64,000 nt of DNA from Iphione sp. A-MEVVRFRX5 (GCA_976226885.1 OZ320320.1:35836001-35900000); one strand, 5' to 3'; positions 1-14,120 are shown, counted from the stretch's first letter. Notes: generated from the sequence alone by a model not told the origin. Translations and numbers: made by a program.

Positions 1-1761
1 GCATCATTTGAAGAAATAAGGTTTCTCATTATTTTGTATGAATGGCCTTGACGTACATGTATTTACTCATCAAATCTGGCAGTATATAAATATATGGCAC
101 TACGATTAATTTGCCTATGAATTAATACGTTAAAAATCGCCTGCTTCTCTAGATGTACTGCATTACATCGGTTTGAGAGAGAGCGAGACAGTCAGAGTGG
201 TAGACAGGTAGGGGGGATAGAATCGAAGATTAATTATGCATTCCCGTCCCCTTGGACTAGCTCCTAAACCCTACCCCCTTTCTGTACTTCTTACCCTAGT
301 TGAGAGTAGATGACCTGCCGACCACCTCACCATGACATATACAATTCTAAATCCTACAATGTCTCAACACTAAGATTTTCAGGCTGTATTTTTCGCTTCC
401 CAGTAAGGTAAGTCACTAGTGAGTATGAAATTAAAAAAGTCAGCGGAAAATAAGGAGTAACTTTGGGTGAATGGGGAATGTTAATTCAATTATATGAACA
501 AGGCATTCTCATTTTAAAAAAAAAATGTTTTCTCAAGTACACCTTGCATCCCTGCCAAATTAGCAATACTTAAGAATTGTCTATGTACACCTGTTAAAAA
601 ACAGGAGTGTTTAACCCATCCCTTCGCATATGTACGAGTTTCCTGTCTGGAAATTTGAAGAATGTGTTTTCACCCAGAGTCTTCTTGGGTGCCTATATTA
701 TATACATGTAATACTAGGCAGCCTTGAAGTCATCACCCAAGGAATGCACTGCCGTGTTCTACACTGGGTTGTAAAGTACTGATTTTTTTTACTTCTGTCT
801 AAAGGATAGTCATTGTTAAACCTTTCTAATTTGAAATGTTTCTGTAATGTTCAAGGCAACCAGACCTTTTAATTCATAAAAATGCACTTGTTTTGTTCAC
901 ATTTTGTCTACCGACACCAGCTGAAGAGTATCAGAAATTATAAAAAGGTCACAAAAAGAAGTTGTTTATGATATAGTATGGAAATGTGGGCCCACAACTA
1001 TTGTAATTAAGCATATCTGCGGGTTCTCATTTTCTTTCTGTCCAGTTCCTGCAGGTGTTCTGTTAAGTGTCGGTTTCAGTTCAGCACATTTTCTATTATC
1101 AGTGGCCGAGAAATAGTCTAGGAAACTAGAGCTATACCTCTCACTTGCTTATATGCCGAAATTTGGGTTCCTACTAGAACTTTTCTGTCTGAAGTGTGTC
1201 TCGAGACATCCTACACTAGCCTCCGGGGATACGGCTAGGTATACGTCAACTTGTAAACATGACCCTGTCAGAAGTGCGATTTGACAACTAGTTTACCGAT
1301 CGTGCGTCAAGCTAATACTGGGTGATGGTGATGCTTACCCGGATTTCTCAGGTTGTACTGTCCAGACATGACTACAGAAGCGTAGCATTCATTTACGTAT
1401 CACTGTCGATTACTGACAACTTCAGAAAAACCACTACCCCCTTTTATCGTCTGTTTGGGTCGGCACAGGCCTGACGTGGCACATGCTGCTGTGTGCTGCT
1501 CTCTGATTGGTTAACTCTGGCCAATGGCAGACAGAGTAACACTTGACATGCTTTGCATCCCACCACCAGGGGTTTCGGGTTAATGAAAATAGGTGTGTGC
1601 AGGGGGAGCCACACAACACTCCCTCAGCTGCCATCCATCTTCCAGCTCCCAGAGTCACATCAGCTTCCGTTGGTCCAGCACTAGCATGTCCATCTCAGTC
1701 ACCAGTCACCTGCCTTCCCACATATGCTCCTCTGTTACATTATGACGATCTAAGCTAGACT

Positions 1762-2315
1762 CTCCACTATGATCAGGGTCAAAATTTCGAAAGCCAGATT
1801 GTGGCAGTAGTAGGAGCTGGGAGTCATGAAGACCAGAACCACGCCCTACCATCTCCATGCAGACGGTGTCATCAAAAGGATAAACCCAGCCCTAACCACC
1901 ATGCTGGCTATGACATGCAGTCAGGTGCAGGAGGTTTGGGATCTGCAGTTTCCATATGTAATGGCTGCCTACCAGGCTACACCTCACGCAAGTATTGGTT
2001 ATACACCAAACTGGCTAATGATGCAGCATCAGACCACTCTACCAGTTTAGGCCATGTATGAGAGACTAGAAGGTGAAGACTAAACCCAGAATGCATATAC
2101 CCAGGATCTGCAGGTGACAGCCAAGGATACCTATCAAAGGATATGACCATGCATTTGAACAAAGTACCACATCAAGTGAACTGGTACAATTCAAAGGTTA
2201 GATCACAGGATTTCCAGTAGGGACAGCTGGTCTGGCCTTTTCAGCCCATGTGGAAACCTGGGAAGTGCTCAAAGCTAGAAAATTGGTGGAATGGGTCTTG
2301 AACAGTGGAGAAGAA
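1762..2315 (+). mobile_element. Gypsy-type LTR retrotransposon integrase relic (decayed)
   Basis: Reads LHYDQGQNFESQIV (LHSDQGRNFES motif), then TTPYHLHADGVIKRINPALTTMLAM..WDLQFPYVMAAYQATPHASIGYTPNWLMM, then FPVGQLVWPFQPMWKPGKCSKLENWWNG (GPY/F region). Frameshifts and stops are present. Confidence 0.85.
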
Positions 2316-2399
2316 ACTATCCAAAGTGGTATTCAAGATCAAGAAGGGCTGAATTAGCAAGATAGTGCATGGAGACTTGCTGAAACAAACCCATTTGGT

Positions 2400-3875
2400 A
2401 TCCACCCAAGTTTAGGCCTTTGGTTCCAAAGCTGAGTATCAGAAAAGTCTCAGGGATTGACGACATCCCAACCAGGGTTCTCAAACCACTGATCTTATTG
2501 AATCTGGATTTTCTATACTGGGTTTTCGGCAGACTCATCTCCATGGGTAAACTACCCAGCAGCGTAGAAAATAGCATGGGTCACACCACTGTACAAGTGT
2601 GGTGATCGTAACTCACTAGGCAACTATAGGCCTGTGTCTGTTCTTCCACTGCCTGCGAGAAACTCTTCGTCAAAGAAACCATGCACAACCTAGACAAAAG
2701 GAAATTCATCAGTGAGTAGCAGCATGGTTTCAGTCAAGGGCACAGTGCTGAAACCCCAATAGTATCACTAATAGGCAAAGCCAGTGAACTAATAAACACT
2801 GGGATGTACTGCTGCTTAGTTGCATTTGATATGAGGAAGGCATTTGACCTAGTGCCTTCCTCTGTGGTGTTGTGATGGCTCAAAGACTCAGGTGCAGGGT
2901 ACGGCATCTGCAAGCTTGTAGGCAGCTACTTTGACAAACAGTTTCAATTTGTGAGGTGCAAGGGGGTCAACATTGAAATGAGATGTATCAAAAACAGAGT
3001 ACCTCAAGGTTCCATTTTCAGGCCAAAAGCATTCGTAATTTTGATCGACAAACTCATTTGCTGTCTTCCAGAGTACTCGCACGTCATTTTGTATGTGGAA
3101 GATTTATCTATTATCATCAGTGCCAGGCATCTGCTTCACTTACGAGGCATGTGCCAACACACAGTTGACATGGTTGCAAAGTGGCGCAGAGGAGCAGGTT
3201 TAATCCTAAGTGAGGGTAAATGCTGTTACATGCCCCTCGACAAGGCAGCGGGCACTCCACTAGACATCAAAGTCAATGATACAGACCTGGACATGGTAAA
3301 TAGGGTACGCCTATTGGGGTACACCTTTGATGCTTGGTTGAGATTTAATGAGGCACTGAAGAAGGTAAAAAGCAAAATGTGGTCTGCGGCCTCAAAGATC
3401 TCCAGAACCAAGAGGACAAAGCTCTTTAAAGCACTAGTGATGCCTTGCGTACAGTATGGGGCAGTTTTATTCTTTGGGAGTTCCAATGCCATGATCTGCA
3501 ATCTGCAGATACACCTATGCAAGTGTGTAAGGATATGCTTGCAAAGCAATCCTCAGGTCTCCCATCATATGCATCAGTGGCTAGGCCAGGATTGCCAGGG
3601 TGGATGAGTTGATATCCTGCAAGGCATTAGCTGATACATACAGACTGGTGAAGCTGAGCCTTCTATCTACGGCAAATGTCACAAAAATGAGAGGAGGCCA
3701 CACCCTCCGAATAAAGGTCAACCATCCTAGGAGCAAGGTCTTTGCTCGTAGAATGAAGTATCAATTGGTGGTCATGTGGAATGACCTGCCAGACCATCTT
3801 AAGAGGATAGATAGAGTTAGTGTGAAGACATGGGTAGAGGTGCTTGGGTATGAGGGGAATGGCCTCAGATAACAT
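2400..3875 (+). mobile_element. Non-LTR retrotransposon (LINE, CR1/L2/Jockey-like) reverse transcriptase relic
   Basis: Motifs in RT order: KVSGIDDIP, QHGFSQGHS, VAFDMRKAFDLV, RVPQGSIF, LYVEDLSII (YADD equivalent), LLGYTFD. Several stops and frameshifts. Confidence 0.85.
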
Positions 3876-4321
3876 AGGGGACTACTAGTCGATTCCTATT
3901 CCAGTTGAGGATGTGAGGATCATTTACTGTTTAATTAAGTTCTCGCTTGATGATCAGTCTAGGGTGCCACTAAGTTCCTGGGAGAGTAGTCTCCTAAGGG
4001 GAGTGGTCATTTAGCAGCATGTACCGGGAGTGAAATGATGAGAGATCTACTTGCATAGTAGATCTGGCGTTCTGATTTGTGGCATGGCTAAAAGAAGTGA
4101 GAAGGAATTTGGCCCACATGACCGGAGATGACCACAATATGCTACCAGCAGTTGCACTTGCTAGTAAGTGAGACAGCAGAAAATACGTAGTATATTTGAT
4201 GGTTTTTCCCTTGACATGGGCCATATGGAGCTGGATTAAGGGAGAAAAGGTGGTTGTATGTGCCTGTGCATGATACAGAGGATAGATGAGAAACAGTAGT
4301 TGTAAAAGAGTATTGAATTAA

Positions 4322-7186
4322 CCCTACGGCACTGGCACCTAGCGAGGGAGTGGGACACTAAAGCCAGTATGCATCATGACGTTATGTAGCATTGGCGCCG
4401 GGCAGTCTGCGGCACAAGTAAAGGCAGAGCTGTACATTCCATCGATTACCACTGTTTTTGTATTGAAATTGATTAATAATAAGAATAAAAAGCATGGTTA
4501 TAATTAGAGAAGATATTTAGGTATTTTTAGCTGCTTTCTATTATGTTATATTTATTCATCTTTTATGTGAAAGATGATTTTTGGTTTCGGTGTATGTCAA
4601 TATGTCATGACGTTGTTGATTACGCTGAGTTGAAGAAGCTTGGATGCAGCTGTAAATACAGGGAACATTTATTTGAGTGGATAGATACAGAATATACAGA
4701 CACAGGGATGAAAGGTACATGTGAATTGATTTTATTTCAGTATTGCATGTAAATGTGATTTTCTTTTACAGGCTTATTCATACATCAGCAGTTGTTAGTC
4801 ACTGCTCCAATTCGAAACCTACTATGTCACGATGTGTATGATAAAACGTGAAACAAGTGGGGAGACACAGATTCACCCCACATTTTGGACATCCATATTT
4901 AGTCTGACCAATTTTATTACCAACACCTGCTACATTCCTCTTATAACATACCCTGCATCATGCTTTTCTTGTAAGAATTCCTGGCATGCATCTAGACTTC
5001 AATCTAGTAAGGTCTGACATTCTCGCCCTGTTTCTAGTATCGACAGTGGCAGTTAGCTGTTCCCCAATCAATTCTTCAATGAGCAATAGAGAAAAATCCA
5101 TGAAACCTTTTCTTGCATTGCCTGGGTGGAGGGATTTGTAGATTATGTAAGAGTTAACCTTCATCAACTCTATAATGAACCAAAAGATCTTCAGAGTCCA
5201 GCGGATCGTTTTTTTCTGATGTTGATAGTATTGTATGTACTGATCAAAGAGATCCACCCCACCCATGTATTTTGTGTACTGGACAATTGCAGATGGACAA
5301 TTAATTTTACTCTTTGAATATTACCCACTTTTTGGGTCTTTACCTCCACGTTGGATCTCTTCTGTCTGGGTACCATGACAAGATGTTAGTAAGTGGACAA
5401 CTCTGGTGTCCCTCCACACAATTAATTTTTGGCAATCCTTACTGAAAAATCTTACTGAGCCTCGTCATTTCTCAAGACATCCAGGTTTCCTGCACATGAC
5501 TTTTTTTGGCAAAAAAAATCGATTTTTCCTTACAGTACTACAACAATATATTCCTAAAGCATGCATTTTCTTGAATAAGGGTACAGTACAAAAAAAATTA
5601 TCCATAAATAACCTGATGCCTTTTCCAGTGATTTCTCCCATATGTACTAGCTTGTCAACAACATATTCTGCCAGGGGTCGGCTACATTGTCCCTCCTTCC
5701 CACAATAGGGTATAATCTGTGAAACGTAGCCTGGAAGTGGGAAAGAAACATAAATGACTATAATGTAAATTATTCACAGAGTTCATAAATTTATGTGACA
5801 ATTTCAATCATTTTTTTTTTTGGACTTTGTTTATTTTTTTCCAGATATTTACTGTCCCACATACCTGTCAGGGATTCAGCAAGCGTCCACATTTTTAAGC
5901 CCCATTTATGGGGCTTGTTAGGCATATACTGCCTACAATGAATTTTTCCTTTGAAAGGCACCAGTGACTCATCAATTGACATTTCACATCTTGGTTTATA
6001 AATTTTTTTGGCAACAGAATTGAACAGATCCAGCATATGAAGGATTTTCCAGAGGGGGTTGTACAGGGCACGTATACCATTGGCCGCTCCGACTTTTTCA
6101 TAGAATGCCAAATGTCTGGAATATGACAATGGATAATACAATGAAATCAATAAATAAATAGGAAAAATCAGAAAATTCACTATATATCATTTCTGACAAT
6201 TTCTTAGAGGAGGGAAGAGGTACTGTGTATGGAGAGACAGTCACCTGAGAATTGCGAAAAATCGGTACCTTGCCATTGTCATGTTGAAGATGGGAGTCAG
6301 CAGAAGTCGATGTTGTCTCCAATAATTTCTCAAGGAAGGCATCCTCACTATACCCATTAACATGCCAATGCCTAAAAATTGCTTGAGATCAGAAATCATG
6401 ATATCTGCCCATTTTTTCATGTGGCTCCTGGGTCCTGTAGTTCCATCAATGCCAGCCCTCTCATTTGTTCTCCTGGTTATCAACTTCAAGAGATTGAGTG
6501 ACATGAACACCGAAAAAATATCCATAGGTGTTGATGTCTCAGTAAGATCAGATTCTTTGGAAACACCACAGTCAGCCTCATTGAAGACAATTTCAGGGCT
6601 GGGATCTTCAATACCAGTCTCTAGGGTACACCAACCATCATATTCCTTACGTTCTTCACTTATTCTCAACAATTCCCCTAAAGGAACGTTGTCATCTTCG
6701 TACTCACATTCTGTCCCATTTGGTTCCTCTGATGGTTCATCTTCTGATGATTCTTCACTGATTTGCCCATCTATAAGTCTGTTGATTTCCTCTGGCAAAT
6801 CTTCTGGCCTGAAGCCATCATCTGAATCAAAATCTTCATCAATTTCCATGAGTTACGTCTTTGCTGTATGACACAATGTATGTCGGCTGCTTTCACAGTG
6901 ACAAATGCAAGTACGAAACAGATAATTGTAAATTTAACACATTTATGACATTTCCTGAGGATTAAATGTCAGAAAATACAACAGAATTCACTAAAATATT
7001 TTTTCCTCCAATAAGATCCCATAATTAACCCTTTGTCTCTATTTAAAATTAGTTTTAAATAGATTATACTAAACGAAGTATGTATGTATCCTCAGGGATA
7101 CAAGCCGGCACTGTACGGATGTATCCCTGAGGATATACACCGGCATATGAGGTGTATCCTCAGGGATACAAGCCGGCGCCATAGTG
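4322..7186 (-). mobile_element. Full-length piggyBac DNA transposon (2865 bp), inactivated
   Basis: TTAA at 4318-4321 and 7187-7190. Termini CCCTACGGCACTGGC and (reverse complement) CACTATGGCGCCGGC match at 11/15. An internal transposase gene is present. Confidence 0.93.
4799..6849 (-). pseudogene. piggyBac transposase, 3 exons (6849-6245, 6115-5865, 5730-4799), 595 codons, 3 in-frame stops
   Basis: GT-AG introns 6244-6116 (AG|GTGACT...TTCCAG|) and 5864-5731 (AG|GTATGT...TTCCAG|). Spliced length is 1788 nt = 596 codons with no frameshift. DDD motifs SIDESL, FMDNFF and MGGVDLFDQ, plus a C-terminal CRVC..CPKC..LC..CF..YH Cys-rich domain. Stops at 5465-5467, 5321-5323 and 4958-4960. Confidence 0.92.
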
Positions 7187-7192
7187 TTAAGT

Positions 7193-7393
7193 GTCTACAT
7201 GGAATGTGTATAGTGCTGAGGCAAAGATAAGAGGTGAAGTGCTTTATACTGTGAGTGCAAGTGGAACAAGTGTTGAATGCTTGGAGTCTACATGGAGAGT
7301 GTATAGTGCTGAAACAAAGATAAGAAGCAAAATCAAGAGGTGAAGTGCTTTATACTGTGTGTGTAAGTGGAACAGGTGTTGCATAACTGGAGT
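7193..7393. repeat. Imperfect tandem duplication (about 93-108 bp x2)
   Basis: GTCTACATGG..GTGTATAGTGCTGA..CAAAGATAAGA..GGTGAAGTGCTTTATACTGTG..AAGTGGAACA occurs at 7193 and again at 7286. Confidence 0.8.
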
Positions 7394-7739
7394 CAACATG
7401 ACTGGAGCTTCCTTGAGTCAGGTGGTACATGCAACATTATGTGCAGCTACAACATGGGCCTAGCCTGTCACTAGTGTACACCCATGTACAGTAGAGTGGT
7501 GCCGTGAGAGTAACCATTGCTGTAAAACTTTGAGCCAGTATCAGTAAATTGTCTGCGATTGTATTATTCATCTGCTACACCACTGTTATCTAAGGATCGT
7601 ATGCCTAGTGACTTAACACTGATGATTATTACTCAGGAAGTCAGTATGCATCTGTAGCTTAAACATGTGTTTATTGTCAGAAATCCATCACCTGTACATA
7701 TTACTATAATATTTTCTATTGCCACATATGCTACATCTA

Positions 7740-7830
7740 CCAATTTCCTATTGTTCTCTTTATGATTGTCCATGGATAACTTTGTACACTGTATGGAGAA
7801 AGGGTCAATAAAGAAATTGAAATTGAAATC
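7740..7830 (+). repeat. Probable LINE 3' tail
   Basis: Ends in AATAAAGAAATTGAAATTGAAATC, a polyadenylation signal followed by a short tandem tail as seen at CR1/L2 3' ends. No coding motif recognised. Confidence 0.35.
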
Positions 7831-10800
7831 AGAAGAGGAGACCGGAGAGGGGCGAGTATTGAGGGTGATGTATTAGGAAAGTGTACGTTGGTTACAGGGT
7901 GCGGTATGGATCCAGAAGAGGAGTGCTGGCTTTGGGGTCTGACGAGTCAAGAAGAAAGCGCTGGAATGCTGTGGGGTTATACAACCACAAGCAAAAAGAG
8001 GTCCAGTGCGGTGCTGAATGTCAGGAATAAGCAGTGAACTGCCATGAACAACACAGTCCTGCACACAGAGAGGGACCAGTGTTGCCACATTGTGAGGAAG
8101 TGGCCAACTTTGATTAGCTATGAAGCCTCACGATCAGAGAAAGACTGATGTCACTGTGCTGTGAAGAAGCAGTGAACTTCTATGAGCAGGGAGACCCTGC
8201 GTGGAGAGAAGGACTCTGTATCAGCACAGCATGAAGACACAGTAACTTTGCTTAGCAGCGAGGCCCCGCACATGGAGAGTAACATGTCGCCATAATTTGG
8301 AATCTGGATGAACTATAAAGCGGAAAGAACTGCCACACCATCTAGTGGACCTGGCCGGATTTACACAGAATAAAGTTGAGCTGCACCTCAGATAAGCTGC
8401 ACAGACCTCTCCACTGCCAGGCGCCAGCGTCAGGGATTGTGTCTCACACCAAGAAGGGAGAGTGAAACGACCAAGCGACACTGAACCCTTCTGCTGCAGA
8501 GCACCACTGTTGTGGATTGTATCCTGTACGGTACTGCAAGAAGGTACAAGCTGATAACGACGACCACACCCGTTTTTCCAGTGTGGGGCGTGGCTGCACG
8601 ATACAGTCAGAGATGGCCAGCATAGGATTTACCTGTCAGTACGAGGATGGGAAGTTCCCTATCCAGTAACAACTTTAGCAGAACATAGATTAGGTGCGTG
8701 GGACTGTTGGCTTTGGGTGCCGGTGTCCCACCATGATATATTAAGGACAGGCTTTCATCAATGGGGGCACTTGGTGCACCACTTGTGTTTGGTGCATCAT
8801 ATTCTCTCCCTGGGGTGGCAAGTCGAAATAGAGTATCTCCTCTTTGAGGGGTCGATGCACATGTATGGGACCCCTCAACCTCTACTCCCTGAGTTGGAGT
8901 AAGAGGGGCCTTACAAGCAGATGCTTGAGGCCAAGAAGGGGAGAAACAAACTGTTGGAACTCCAAAGTGAAGGTTGGGCACCTCCTCTTCCTTCAGGTCA
9001 CCGGAAGCCGTGCAGCCTGAAGGACATGGGATGACTGGAAAACTCCAGTCCTTACCCGCCAGGAGGGGAACGACTAGGACCCTTCCGACGCTCAAGATTT
9101 GGTGGGGAGCATTGATGGTGGACTCCTCTTGCTCACCCTGGAGTGAGGGAGCCGCCGCCTCGTCATCTTCATTGGATGCTACCCTGAAACTCCAAAGGGG
9201 GAAGTTAAAGAACCACGGTCACGTCAAGGCTGTTCCGCCACTTCTATTGGTTTGCCCACAGCCAGGAGTGATGGTGATTTCTGATGAGGACGAAGTAGCA
9301 AAACCACCCCCAGTCAAGGCTCAACACCACCACTCCTGGTCAGCTGAAGAGTCTGACTGGGATCCCATGGAGTTTTGTGAGTCTCTCCAGCATCTGAAAG
9401 GGTTAACTGAATTGAAGGATGAGCGGGAGGATCACCTCCCCAAACCCATCCCAGACACCCAGCCCCTGGGGGAGCTGGAACTGCCTCTGGGTAGGACCGG
9501 TGGAGGAGCATGTCACATGGCAAAAGGGAGAGGGTGGCCCCCACTTTCTTGTATCATATTTGGCTGCTTGAGTAGTTATGTCAGACATGCCTGTCCCTCG
9601 AGGCTGGGAGCTGCTTGACGCACAAAGTTAGGCCAAGACAAAATCGATGGACAAGAGACCAGGATTTATATCTGGTACGTGTCACAGGTGCACCATGTGG
9701 GTGCTAGTACATAACAGACTTTGGAAAGCTGGTACCTGGACTGGGCAGCCCATGTCAAGAGGCGGCAACCAGTACTGAAGGATATTAATGATACACTTTT
9801 TGGTGGAATGAGTCATATATATATAGAGGGAGTCATGGTTATGTGACACAGCACAGATATAACCAATTAGATTCCATTATGAAGTGTTTTAGATACAGTG
9901 TATCAGTAAGCTAGTACGTTTAGAGCTATCAGTCAATCAGAACTGGTCATATGATATAAAGTAGCTCAGCAGTGGTGTACCTGCTAGCCAGGAACCAATC
10001 ACAGTCACTTTGTAGAACTCTAATACAATGTTGCAACACATGATCAGGTAATTTTTAGTGCCACTGAAATGCACCAGTGACCCCTTACTTTGCACCAAGT
10101 GAACTCTTAGCCTTACTTCATAGTGCACTTGCACTCTCATTAGTGCCTAAGTAGTCACATCTCTACATTTATTCAAGCACCTTTTGGGAACATGTAGTGG
10201 TCTATTTTCTAGAGTTTTGAAGGTCCCCTTGGTCCTTCCCTGTATTCTAGTTGTTCTTACCTGCTTTAGAAACTGTACTGGTTTTCTCATACTTTTTTTA
10301 CTAGATACTGACTGTTAGTCAGGGGGAATAGCATTCTCCCCAGAAGTTGACCCCTGCAATTGGATTGTAACCAGGAAGGTAATCTAAGGAGGGAGGAATG
10401 TTGAATGAGAGTGGGTTGAGTGCAGCGATTTAGTACAGAGAAGTGTGTGCAGATGAGTGAGGCATTTAGGGATGGTTGTGTGGGTACATGTGTGCAAATA
10501 AGTGTGTTGTTTGGGGAACTTTGGCAGTTGCTGCTAGGAGCTTGTTGAATAAACTTGTCTTAATCTGGAGTCATGAGTCTCTATAGTGGACATCCACACA
10601 ACAATACTATGACTATTTCTAGTGAAACCGTTAAAAGACCAACTTGAATTATTGATATGCACACTTTAGACACATAATGAATCCATAATAATAAACATTT
10701 GCCTTTAAAGGAAAGGGTATTTTCGAAATAAACTCACATACCAGAAACAGATTTTCTCTTCACATGGCATGCCACCCAGCATTATCCCTGTATATTTTGA

Positions 10801-13769
10801 CTAATTTTATTACAGATTTTATATTCAGGGTGATTGCTTTGATTTGATTTCCCAGACTGTATTCATTCATGGCCACTATAGAAGAAATCAACATAACTTT
10901 CAAAAAATATTTGAAAATGCTTTTTTAACTATTTCCTTAATGAAATACTTTAATACATTCTGATTGGAAAAGAAAAAGTGTACAGTGATAATTCCAAGTG
11001 GTCACACTGTCCATGCTTTATTGTTACATGATTCTGCAGTAGTTGATGTTCCATGTATAGGCTCTTTGACTATGTGAAGAACAGGGTACCAGAAGATAGG
11101 AAATGGCGAGTGTAAACATGTAACACAGTTTTGAATAAGATGATGAAGATGTTGGCAAGCTCACTGATCTTTAAAGGGATAGTTAGGGTGCTATGACATT
11201 GTATAAAAAAAACGCAGAATAAAGACAACCCTGAAGAGATAGTGGTATTGTTATGATGACATATTATATACAGTGTATAGATAGAAGAATTGTAAGTAAG
11301 CCTAATGTGAAGTAACATGTACCAGATGAAAAAGTTGTTTGTGCCCTTTCATCATTCGCAGTTCTTCCGATCAGTGTAACAAAAGCTAAAGCAGCATAGT
11401 TTCTACTTTGTTCACATGATGTATCGGGTGTAAAGCATAGGTCTTATCAGTGATACTCTAACATGACCCTGGATGCCAGACATTAGTGATGTCATGGTAC
11501 TAAAAGACTTTACGACTCATTGTGTTCATGACAAGTAAAGAATGACAGCATCCCGTCTGGCTTGGTATATAAGCTTAACGGTCCGACGCTGTAGTCAGAC
11601 TCACTTTACGTTGCTATTGACGATGCTGACTTGCTGTAATGTCTTGACGCTGAGAAGAATAAAAGGCAGAATCGAACCGGACTTGTGGTGTTGGCTTTGT
11701 GCTACAAACAAAATGATGGACATGTGTGGATTAGAATTTTTAACAAAGCGATATGACATAATTCTTAGCTAAACTAATAACAAATCATAGTTAAATATGC
11801 ATAGAATAAAGACAGGACCATATTTTCAGTGGTGATACGGACATTGTTGTGTATTTGCTGGCTTGTGATTGCTTCAGGCAAGCGAATATGTACACAACCA
11901 TTTTTTCCACGCCCATGCAGTACATACGACCTTGTACTACTCGCAACTTGGCTGAATTTTCTTTTTTGTACCACACAGTAAGGTTGTAATTGGTACATGT
12001 ACCAAACAGTTCAAGATAATACATTCCAATAGGTAAAAATGGCTAAACATTTGTTCATAGAAATATGGACAGAATACAGCATTTTCGTAAAACCAAGATG
12101 AAAATTACCTAGTTAATATTAATATCTTTTTGAGGTGTGTGGTATCCATTTTGACTTATATTCTGATTTATTCGAAGACTTTTATTTCAGGGTGTTATGC
12201 TCACAAAATCTGGCAGTCAACAAAGGTTTCGTCCAAGGCACATAGGCTCAGTAGGTTATTTATTGAGTCAGACATGTGCAGTCAACTTAAACTTTGATGA
12301 ACATAGCATCTGGCAGTTGAAGTAACTAGGAATTTCACCCTGAAACCTATCCAAATAGGTATGTTCCTGTCAAATGTATGCATGAAAATGTGTGGAATAG
12401 AGAGTATACCACACTTAAATGGCAGGCACATTGATAGGCATTCATTCCACTGTGTTGGTATGACAAAACTCATGCCTATCAATGCCCCACCACTTCATGG
12501 CGGTATTTTCTTAGTATCACAACTGAAGATGTGGTCCTATCTTAGTCTTTCGTAGTGTAGCTTTCGAGAAATGGCTTGTTTCTTTAAGTCTCTCAGCAGT
12601 GTCACATGCAAGATATTTGTCCAGCGTACATTGATTGGCTGTCCCTATGGGGACAAACCACACCCACCACAAAAGCTCAAGTATATTGTAGCAGTTCGGC
12701 TTCAACCTGGAATATTGTGCTTTCAATACTTAAGAATTGTACCTTGTATCAGTTAGGATGATATCTGTAAACCCAGGTCTCCAGCCAGAACTATTCTGAC
12801 TCAAGACATGAAAAGGTAAGAATTGTTGTAATCTGCAGATATTCAGATTCAAGTCAGAACTAGGCAATTAAGAGGTGTTAAAAGTATTGTTCGCCCCGAA
12901 CGAAGTGACATGACTCTCGTGGTATAGTTTTGACTGAAGTTTATTCCAAGAAGGAACAGACAAGAATGGCAACAAACCCCTCCAGCTCAGTCCCTTATAT
13001 AGACAGTGTTAACCTGGCTGGAGGGGCACAAACTCCGGCCAACTCCAGTCAACTCCGGTAACTCTGCAAACCCCGCCAGAACTTATGACTCCGCCGAACT
13101 CTGGCCGGAGTTACACTAAACTTGGGCACAGGCCCAACAGTATTCATATTTAGATGATTTGTTGCATCATCCAGGCTAATTTTAGAGCCAGACATTGTAT
13201 GTAAGAGCCTGTCTTCCTGAATCAAAGGTTAGTCCCTCACTGCACTTAAGAAGGACAACACAAACACGGATTCCATGTGGACATTCTTTTTTTCCCAAGC
13301 CAGCACTTTTCCAAGACCAGAGACACGTTACAATATGTCATTGTGTTGGGTGCTAGTAATCAGTCCTCTATGTGAACATGTACCAAACACTGTTGGCACA
13401 TGATAGAATACAGTGCAATGTAATGTAGGTTTTAAGCATGTGAATAAATTTGTATAATAGGTTTAAGATTAATTATATACACAATTTCTAATTTAAAATA
13501 AGAATTGCAAGCCAATAGTGAAGATATATTTTTAAAGAAGATTTTCAAAAATATGATGCGTTTGTATATACAAGAGGCAACATGGCTGACTTATTTCAAT
13601 TTGATTCTTCAACAGAGACATTTAAGTTAATGAGACAATTCTTAGCCAAACTTATAACAGGATTATTTAAATTTAACATAAACACATACTTAACACACAT
13701 AGTGAATCTGTTTTAATATATATTTACCTTCAAACAAAAGGGTTTTTTGAAATAGGTCATCCATTTACA

Positions 13770-14120
13770 AACCGAATTTTCTGAAATCCTACCAAATTTT
13801 GATGGGACGAATTGTTTTTCTCTGTTAAGATCCTCCTATAACCGAACGTTTCTATTTGAATTTGGCGCATTTTTGCCCATTTTGAGATGAATTTGACCGA
13901 GTTTTACCGATTTTTGGATGATTTGCTTGAACTTTGCTGGTTTTTGGACGAATCTGGCCGAGTATTGCACATTTTTGGACGAATTTGTCTAAATTTTACT
14001 GACATGGGGCTTGAGACTATGACTAGTAAGTTAAAAAGTGGCTTTAGGCCACTATTAAATTTCAAATTTTCTCAAATATGAATGATTTCGGCGGAAACAG
14101 CAATCATTCAGATTTGGAGC
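13770..14120. repeat. Dispersed repeat; homolog in reverse orientation at 30310-30777
   Basis: The reverse complement of 13770-13850 (GTTCGGTTATAGGAGGATCTTAACAGAGAAAAACAATT) matches 30650-30740 (GTTCAGTTATACGAGTATTTTAACAGAGAAAAACTATT). TAGGCCACTATT..GGCGGAAAC.GC.ATC.TTCAG occurs at both 14045 and 30307. Confidence 0.7.

Noticed and set aside
6362-6871. 169-aa plus-strand ORF
   Set aside because: Antisense shadow of piggyBac exon 1.
7830-9800. Possible LTR (AATAAA near 8368) plus gag/ORF1-like 214-aa ORF at 8974-9618
   Set aside because: No clear TG..CA pair, PBS, zinc knuckle or second LTR. Probably an old retroelement, but not supportable.
10366-10603. Possible solo LTR (TGTAACC...AATAAA...ACA); similar patch at 11540-11710
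   Set aside because: No matching TSD could be found.
12190-12820. Plus-strand exon-like segments with AG/GT boundaries
   Set aside because: They contain stops or give unrecognisable peptides and cannot be chained into a gene.
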